Shown one piece after another: positions 58,077-64,000 of a DNA stretch of 64,000 nt. Where the stretch lies: positions 1,440,001 to 1,504,000 of the forward strand of contig CBDCKW010000009.1 of assembly GCA_965218435.1 (NCBI GenBank), written 5' to 3'. How positions within the stretch are numbered: position 1 is the stretch's first letter; every line of letters begins with the position of its first letter. The notes under the pieces were generated by a model, which did no database searches, was not told the DNA's origin, and saw only the letters and a program-made list of their open reading frames with translations. The position numbers were made by a program, and so were the translations under genes. Source of the stretch: Truepera sp. Lineage in GTDB: Bacteria > Deinococcota > Deinococci > Deinococcales > Trueperaceae.

Positions 58077-58964
58077 ATGAGAGAGTTAACGATGACCCTA
58101 AAGACTGAAACCTCGCTCGAGACCTACGCCGACTTAGATACCTGGCCGCTGAGCCGGACGCTCACCGCACTCGTTGACAGTAACGCCGCCGCAGTTGCGG
58201 CCGTCCGACAGGCGCTCCCTGAGCTGGAAAGGGCCGCCGCCGGGATCGAACGGGCACTCACAACGGGGGGCCGCCTCGTCTACTTAGGCGCGGGTACCTC
58301 CGGACGGCTCGCAGTGCAAGACGCCGCTGAACTGCCGCCGACCTTTGGATTTGAAAGGGTTCAGGCGATTCTAGCCGGGGGTGACGACGCAGACGGCAGG
58401 GCTGTCGAAGAGGCCGAGGATGATGAAGAAAGTGCTCGAGACCGCCTCCGCGCCCTCGAGCTTACCGCTAGCGACGCGGTGGTCGGCGTCGCCGCGAGCG
58501 GCAGCACCCCCTTTACCGTCGCCGGTATCGTCTACGCAAAGGCGCAGGGCGCGTTTACCGTCGGGCTCGCCAACAACGCCGGAACCCCCCTCTTAACAAC
58601 AGCCGAGGTCGGAGTGCTGCTGGGGACGCCGCCTGAAGTTTTAGCCGGGTCCACGCGGCTGGCGGCTGGCACCGCGCAAAAGGTCGCCTTAAACGCCCTG
58701 TCAACCGCTGTGCTGGTGCGTTTAGGCGGGGCCTACGGCAACCTGATGGTCGGGATGCGGCCACAAAACATCAAGCTTCGGGGGCGCGCCGCGAGCATCG
58801 TCAGACAGGCGACCGGGTGCCGCGCTACCGAAGCCGAAGCTGCCCTGGCAGCCGGGGGCGACATCCGCACCGCTATCGTGATGCTTTTAGGAGGACTCGA
58901 GCCGGACGAAGCTAGAGCGCGGTTAAAAGAGAGTCATAACCACATCCGGGAGGCGCTGACATGA
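58077..58964 (+). CDS. murQ: N-acetylmuramic acid 6-phosphate etherase
   Basis: GAGTSGRL, DAAELPPTFG and GSTRLAAGTAQK motifs. Confidence 0.94.
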   Translation: MRELTMTLKTETSLETYADLDTWPLSRTLTALVDSNAAAVAAVRQALPELERAAAGIERALTTGGRLVYLGAGTSGRLAVQDAAELPPTFGFERVQAILAGGDDADGRAVEEAEDDEESARDRLRALELTASDAVVGVAASGSTPFTVAGIVYAKAQGAFTVGLANNAGTPLLTTAEVGVLLGTPPEVLAGSTRLAAGTAQKVALNALSTAVLVRLGGAYGNLMVGMRPQNIKLRGRAASIVRQATGCRATEAEAALAAGGDIRTAIVMLLGGLEPDEARARLKESHNHIREALT

Positions 58965-59995
58965 CCCGAACCCAAACGCACTTTGAACGCGAAATCCGCG
59001 AACAACCAGGAGTCTTAGCGAAACTTTTAGATGACGTAAGCGTCCAAGAGGTGGCAGGCGCACTTCGGGAGCACGCACCAAAACTCATCGTCACCTTGGC
59101 GCGGGGCTCGTCGGACCACGCCGTAACGTTTTTTAGCTACCTGGCCGGACAAACCCTCGGGTTGCCGGTTGCCAGCTTGCCGCCCAGCTTACTGAGCGTC
59201 TACGCGGCGCGGCTGCACGCCGAAAATACCCTCGCTATCGGCGTGAGCCAGTCGGGTGAGAGCAGCGACGTAGTCGAGGGCCTGAGTGCGTTGCGGCGTG
59301 CGGGCGCACTTACGGTAGCCCTCAGCAACGATCCTGAGAGCAGCTTGGTCCGGACCGCTGATTACGCGCTCCTTCAAGGGGCCGGCCCTGAACAGGCCGT
59401 CGCCGCCAGCAAAACCTTTATGACGCAGCTGCTCCTCTTATCGCTCCTCGTTGCGTATTGGGGTGAAGATGAAGCTCTGTTAAAAGCGTTGCAGGCTGTT
59501 CCAGCCGCGCTGAGCACAACTTTAGACACCGCCCAGAGCAGCCTCCGAGAGACGGCGCTACGGCTGACCCACGCCCGCAGCATGTATGTATTAGGCCGTG
59601 GGCTTTCTTACGCGCCCGCCCTCGAGACCGCTCTCAAACTTAAAGAAACGTGTTACGTTCACGCCGAAGCTTACTCGTCGGCTGAGTTTCAGCACGGCCC
59701 GATTGCCGCCGTCAACCCGAGCGACCCGGTACTGATGCTCTCCGTAGATGACGCCACGAAAGCGTCTAACCTCGAGGCCGCCGCTAAGCTCCGCGCCGCG
59801 GGTGCCGCGCTGAGCATCGTCGGTGCAGCTGAGTCAACGGCTGAAACGGTCTCTCCTTTACCCGCCGAAGCACCGGTGACGGAGGCGTTCGTACTGATGT
59901 TGACCGGTCAACTGCTGGCTTTATATTTGGCCGAGGCTAAAGGACTCGACCCGGACGCGCCGCGGCATCTAAATAAGGTGACGAAAACGATGTAA
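58961..59995 (+). CDS. Double-SIS protein (GlmS C-terminal-like glucosamine-6-phosphate deaminase)
   Basis: EIREQP, ARGSSD, SQSGES, ALKLKE and PRHLNKVTKT motifs. Confidence 0.88.
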   Translation: MTRTQTHFEREIREQPGVLAKLLDDVSVQEVAGALREHAPKLIVTLARGSSDHAVTFFSYLAGQTLGLPVASLPPSLLSVYAARLHAENTLAIGVSQSGESSDVVEGLSALRRAGALTVALSNDPESSLVRTADYALLQGAGPEQAVAASKTFMTQLLLLSLLVAYWGEDEALLKALQAVPAALSTTLDTAQSSLRETALRLTHARSMYVLGRGLSYAPALETALKLKETCYVHAEAYSSAEFQHGPIAAVNPSDPVLMLSVDDATKASNLEAAAKLRAAGAALSIVGAAESTAETVSPLPAEAPVTEAFVLMLTGQLLALYLAEAKGLDPDAPRHLNKVTKTM

Positions 59996-60204
59996 CGCAG
60001 CGGTGAGCCGTAACGCTTTTACCGGCGGGAGCGGTAGGAGTACAGGGCCATAGCCACGCCTTGAGGGTGAGAGGTCTTGAGCGATCACAGACAACTTTAA
60101 CTTGTACTTGGCACGGCGGTTTTCGTAAGCACTGAGTCATTCACTCAGCTCTCGGGTTTATACCTTTATACCTTGACGTGTGCGCTGGTGCAGCGAGGTG
60201 CGCG

Positions 60205-60765
60205 TCACGCCTCAAACAGTTCGGTAGGTTGTTTACCGTTAAGAAAGTGAGCGATAATCTCAGCGCGGCTTTTCATCCCCATCTTGTTAAGCAGGTGCGA
60301 CATATGCATCTTGACGGTTCCTTCGGTTATCCCAAGCTGTTCGGCAATCGCACGGTTCGACAGACCTTTAGCGATAAGTCTCAAAACCTCCCTTTCACGC
60401 GTGGTGAGCTGAGGTGTACTAAAACGGGCGAGCGTTTGAGTAAGCACGTGACGCTCCGCCCAGATTTCACCCCGCCTCACCGCTTCTAGCGCCTTGATCA
60501 GGATGAAACTGTCGTCTACCGGCCGCAGATAACCGCTGTAACGCTGCTGCAACAGCGCCACGGCGTCAGCGCGTTCGCCCTCGATCAGGGCAACCGTCGG
60601 CAGGTCGGAAGGTGGGGGATAGGGTGACGACAAGAGGGTCAGGTCGCAAAGTAAGAGTTCGGATGCTGAGGTTCGCTCCAGACTCGCTTCGACACCCGAA
60701 TGTAACAGCAGCGCCACAAGGGATTCTGCAAACACTCGGTAGTTGGACTGGACCCACACATGCAC
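60205..60765 (-). CDS. LuxR-type regulator with a degenerate receiver-like domain
   Basis: LTTREREVL...GLSNRAIA...TVKMH helix-turn-helix. Confidence 0.88.
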   Translation of the reverse strand: MHVWVQSNYRVFAESLVALLLHSGVEASLERTSASELLLCDLTLLSSPYPPPSDLPTVALIEGERADAVALLQQRYSGYLRPVDDSFILIKALEAVRRGEIWAERHVLTQTLARFSTPQLTTREREVLRLIAKGLSNRAIAEQLGITEGTVKMHMSHLLNKMGMKSRAEIIAHFLNGKQPTELFEA

Positions 60766-61417
60766 GGCTTGCTCCTCTAGGTTGCGATGAAAAGGTGATT
60801 AGGAAATGCCAGATATAGCTTGCTGAAGATTAACGAAATATTAATTCTTGATGAAACTGTCGTCTTGGTATTATCTTTATACCAAATAATCCACTTTGTC
60901 AAGGTTTTGTCAGCTATGTGTACGCAACTAAAGTCGAGGACGCCGTAAGTACCGACGCCAACGTAAATATCTTCAGGCTTAAAGACGAATAGAAAGCTCG
61001 AGCCGACCCCAGTGAGTGCGGTGCGCCGATTGGCCTAGCCCGCTCCGCCAGTTTAGAGCTACTGCAACAGTTGGAGGAGGGACGTGCCAGACGGCTTTTT
61101 ATGCAGGCAACGCTGCTCTGCAGACCTTGGCCGCGCTCCGCAGGTTTGCAGAACCAGCCGACCGGAGCTGCGTTAATGACCCAAACTCGAGGGTCGCAAC
61201 AAGAGCTTAGCAAGGTACTTACGACCTAGATAAAAGGCAGGAGTGTATCTAAAGATATATACCAAAGGTTTATTCCTTGTACCCCCCTTCGTCGCTTGTG
61301 TAATTTAGCGTACAAACTCTAGGATGACGTTCAGCTGACAAAGAGGTGGCAATTCACTGAGTAATTGGTGAGTAGTCGATCAGCTAAATCTAAACTTCGG
61401 GGGGCAGGGGCGGAATC

Positions 61418-62650
61418 ATGACAGCATACAGCGCAGCCAAAGATCGGAGACAGCCAATGACGACGCTAGGCGAAGGGCTCGAGCCGACCGTTCAGCAGCC
61501 TAGTCTGGCGATCGTCGTCCCGACAAGGAACGAAGCGGGTAACGTGAAGCCGCTGCTCCAGCTTATCCACAAAGCCGTGGTTGACCTGCCGGTCGAGGTC
61601 ATCTTCGTCGACGACAGCACCGACGATACGCCGGACGTAATCGCGCAAATAGGCCGAGAGTTCCCCTTTAACGTCTCGGTCATCGTGCGCCCTTTTGAGC
61701 GGCGCAACGGTCTCGGGCTGGCCGTCGTCGAGGGCATCACGGCGGCCACCGCCGAATGGGTGTGTGTGATGGACGGCGATTTGCAGCACCCGCCCGAGGT
61801 CATCCCACAGCTGCTCGAGCACGCGCAGAAAACGGGCTCGACGCTCGTCGCCGCCAGCCGCCTGACCGACGGGGGCAGCACCGCCGGACTCTCGTGGCGG
61901 CGCAAAATCATCTCTTATACGCTCGCGCTCGCCTCACGAGTTCTTTTTCCCAGCCGTCTGCGGCAGCTGACCGACCCACTGACCGGATTTTTCCTGGTCA
62001 AACGAGAAGCGCTCGTCCCTGAAAGCTTGCAGCCCGAGGGCTTTAAGATTTTGCTCGAGATTCTCGTCCGCACCCCGCATCTGCGCTTGGCCGAACTCCC
62101 GTTCGAGTTTGGCGAAAGGTTAACCGGCGAAAGCAAGGCCAATACGCAAGAGGCGCTGAAGCTCTTTCGGCAGCTGGCGCGGCTGAGCCTCGAGCCGCAC
62201 CGGCACCTGCTGCGCTTTTTTATGGTCGGGGCGTCGGGTCTAGTGGTCAATACGCTGGCCCTGATGTTGGCGACCTTTGTCGGGTTGCATTACCTCGTCG
62301 CAGCAACCGTAGCGACGCAGACCTCGACCTTGTGGAACTTCGGGTTGCTCGAGACCTGGGCCTACAAGGGCCGCGAAGTCCGGCAAAAAGCGCGCTGGCA
62401 ACGCCTGGGCAGCTTCTTGGTGATGAATAACGCCGCGCTCCTTTTACGCGGGCCGCTGATGGTTCTGCTCATCTCACTCAACATGAACTACCTCGTCGCC
62501 AACGCCGTCACCCTGATCGCCATCGCCTTTTTACGTTACGCCGTATCGGACAGCCTGATCTGGCGTAACAGCAGCGCCACCTCGCCCACCGTCACCTCGC
62601 CCGCCGTCGCCGTCACCGCAGCCGTCAACACCGCCACTCAGGGAGAGTAA
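61418..62650 (+). CDS. GT2 glycosyltransferase (polyprenol-phosphate mannosyltransferase-like) fused to a GtrA domain
   Basis: VPTRNE, VDDS, MDGDLQHPP and GFKILLE motifs, followed by four TM helices. Confidence 0.9.
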   Translation: MTAYSAAKDRRQPMTTLGEGLEPTVQQPSLAIVVPTRNEAGNVKPLLQLIHKAVVDLPVEVIFVDDSTDDTPDVIAQIGREFPFNVSVIVRPFERRNGLGLAVVEGITAATAEWVCVMDGDLQHPPEVIPQLLEHAQKTGSTLVAASRLTDGGSTAGLSWRRKIISYTLALASRVLFPSRLRQLTDPLTGFFLVKREALVPESLQPEGFKILLEILVRTPHLRLAELPFEFGERLTGESKANTQEALKLFRQLARLSLEPHRHLLRFFMVGASGLVVNTLALMLATFVGLHYLVAATVATQTSTLWNFGLLETWAYKGREVRQKARWQRLGSFLVMNNAALLLRGPLMVLLISLNMNYLVANAVTLIAIAFLRYAVSDSLIWRNSSATSPTVTSPAVAVTAAVNTATQGE

Positions 62651-63747
62651 TGTTTTTTTATAACGTCCATAACTTGCTGCTGATCCGCTCCGTTCAAAGG
62701 CTGCCCGAACTCGCGTACTTCCGCACGCCACGCCTCGCCGCAGCACCTGATATCGACGTCCGTATCGAAGCCGACCCGAGCGCCTACAAAACGGACGCCT
62801 CGATCAGCTACGACGAGATTTTAGGTAGGTTTGGGTTCAGTATCGTCATCAACCGCCGTGAAGCCGCAACTGAGGTCATCGCCTCACCCCTGATCAACCG
62901 CTCGCCACACGTCCTTTATACCAACGTCGTCGAACCGCTGCTGCGTTGGGCGCTGGTCCGTAAAGGCTACGCGCTGATGCACGGGGCGTGTTTGGCCTTC
63001 GGCGCTAAAGCACTTTTTATTACCGCTCAGACCGACACCGGCAAAACCACGACGATTTTGCATACCCTGCGAAACAACCTCCGCAGCTGCCGCTTTTTAA
63101 GCGACGATATGACCATTTTTGCCGAGGACGGAACCGTTTACAGCTTTCCCAAACCGCTGACGGTCAGTCAGCACACGCTCCAGGCCGTTGGCGGCGCTGA
63201 CCTGTCGCTTGTTGAACGCAGCTTTTTACGCGTGCAGAGCCGGTTACACTCGCGTGAGGGTCGCCGCGCCGGGATGTGGCTCAGTAACATTCGGATGCCC
63301 GCTGCGACCATGAGCGCAGTTGTGCAGTGGCTGATTCCGCCACCCAAGTTTATGGTCGGTAAACTCGTTCCCGGCGCACAGCTAACCGAGCAGTCCCGAC
63401 TCGAGCAGATCGTGTTGATCGAGCGCGGCCCCGAGTCCGAACGTGAGCTTGCCGAAACCGAAAAGCTCGAGATTCTGATCGCCAACGCCGAGGACGCCTA
63501 CGGGTTTCCGCCGTATCCGTTGATCGCCGAGCAGTTAAGCCACTGGCAGGGTCAAGACCTGCACGAAGAGGAGAAACGGCTGGTACGCGGGGCGATTCGG
63601 GCGGTTCCCGGCGTCCTCTTACGGCGCGACGACTACGGCTGGTTTGAAAGGTTACCCCGGCTTATTCAAGCGGGCTTTCATGCCGACGTCCCGCCCGAAG
63701 CAACCTTGGCACAGGCTTTTCAGACTGCGCCTACTGCCGTCAACTAG
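62650..63747 (+). CDS. Hypothetical P-loop protein (HPr-kinase-like)
   Basis: LMHGAC, AQTDTGKTTT and FLSDD motifs. Confidence 0.7.
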   Translation: MFFYNVHNLLLIRSVQRLPELAYFRTPRLAAAPDIDVRIEADPSAYKTDASISYDEILGRFGFSIVINRREAATEVIASPLINRSPHVLYTNVVEPLLRWALVRKGYALMHGACLAFGAKALFITAQTDTGKTTTILHTLRNNLRSCRFLSDDMTIFAEDGTVYSFPKPLTVSQHTLQAVGGADLSLVERSFLRVQSRLHSREGRRAGMWLSNIRMPAATMSAVVQWLIPPPKFMVGKLVPGAQLTEQSRLEQIVLIERGPESERELAETEKLEILIANAEDAYGFPPYPLIAEQLSHWQGQDLHEEEKRLVRGAIRAVPGVLLRRDDYGWFERLPRLIQAGFHADVPPEATLAQAFQTAPTAVN

Positions 63748-63849
63748 GGTGGGCAGTTTGCTTACAGCCCTACCGACGTTGGTGTTGACTTGGGTGCAGC
63801 AGCCCAACAAAGGTAAGCGGACGCGACCAACAGCGGGCTCGAGCCAGCC

Positions 63850-64000
63850 ATGAGCGTCTCTAGATCAAGCTTTTCCTCGGCCGTAACGAGCCGGGATGGC
63901 AGTCGTTCGCGGATCGGTCAAACGACGCTGCAGCTGGTCGCCCTTGCCGCCGTTTTGCTGCTCGCCATCGGCGTCCGCGTCGCTTACCTCAACACCTTGG
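63850..64000 (+). CDS. Partial membrane protein, probably an ArnT/PMT-like glycosyltransferase (runs off the window)
   Basis: Open from ATG 63850 to the window end; LVALAAVLLLAIGVRVAYLNTL resembles a first TM helix. Confidence 0.55.
   Translation, partial: MSVSRSSFSSAVTSRDGSRSRIGQTTLQLVALAAVLLLAIGVRVAYLNTL

Noticed and set aside
60823..60865. CTGAAGA...GAAA as a hammerhead ribozyme core
   Set aside because: No properly closed stem II or stems I/III could be drawn.

Overview
This is a GC-rich bacterial chromosomal window, probably Deinococcota (Trueperaceae-like), inferred from the adjacent DUF3809/DUF3248 pair and overall gene content. It holds housekeeping genes (tRNA-Pro(GGG), gndA, truA, hemL, mnmE, manA-like, htrA-like), a ROK-regulated sugar-utilisation cluster (ABC transporter, GH5-like, GH2, GH28), a BMP-type nucleoside ABC transporter, a peptidoglycan-recycling cluster (nagZ, anmK, NamZ-like, NlpC/P60, murQ, GntR, SIS), a tyrosine recombinase with a lower-GC neighbourhood, the start of a surface-glycosylation locus, and three damaged IS elements of different families (IS630, IS5/ISL2-like, ISAs1). 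The main finding is a family of very small (36-51 bp) structured insertion elements with fixed ends 5'-GCGG...AAGAC-3'. They have no target duplication and show compensatory base changes in two stems. Five copies were found, all inside transposase genes of the three IS families, and one is nested inside another. Removing each one precisely restores the expected transposase motif or reading frame. Secondary signals are a dispersed intergenic palindrome TTCAC-N13-GTGAA (5 copies), a strongly over-represented CTCGAG hexamer that is absent from the ISs, a MITE, and several pseudogenes. All protein assignments come from motif recognition by eye; no searches were run.
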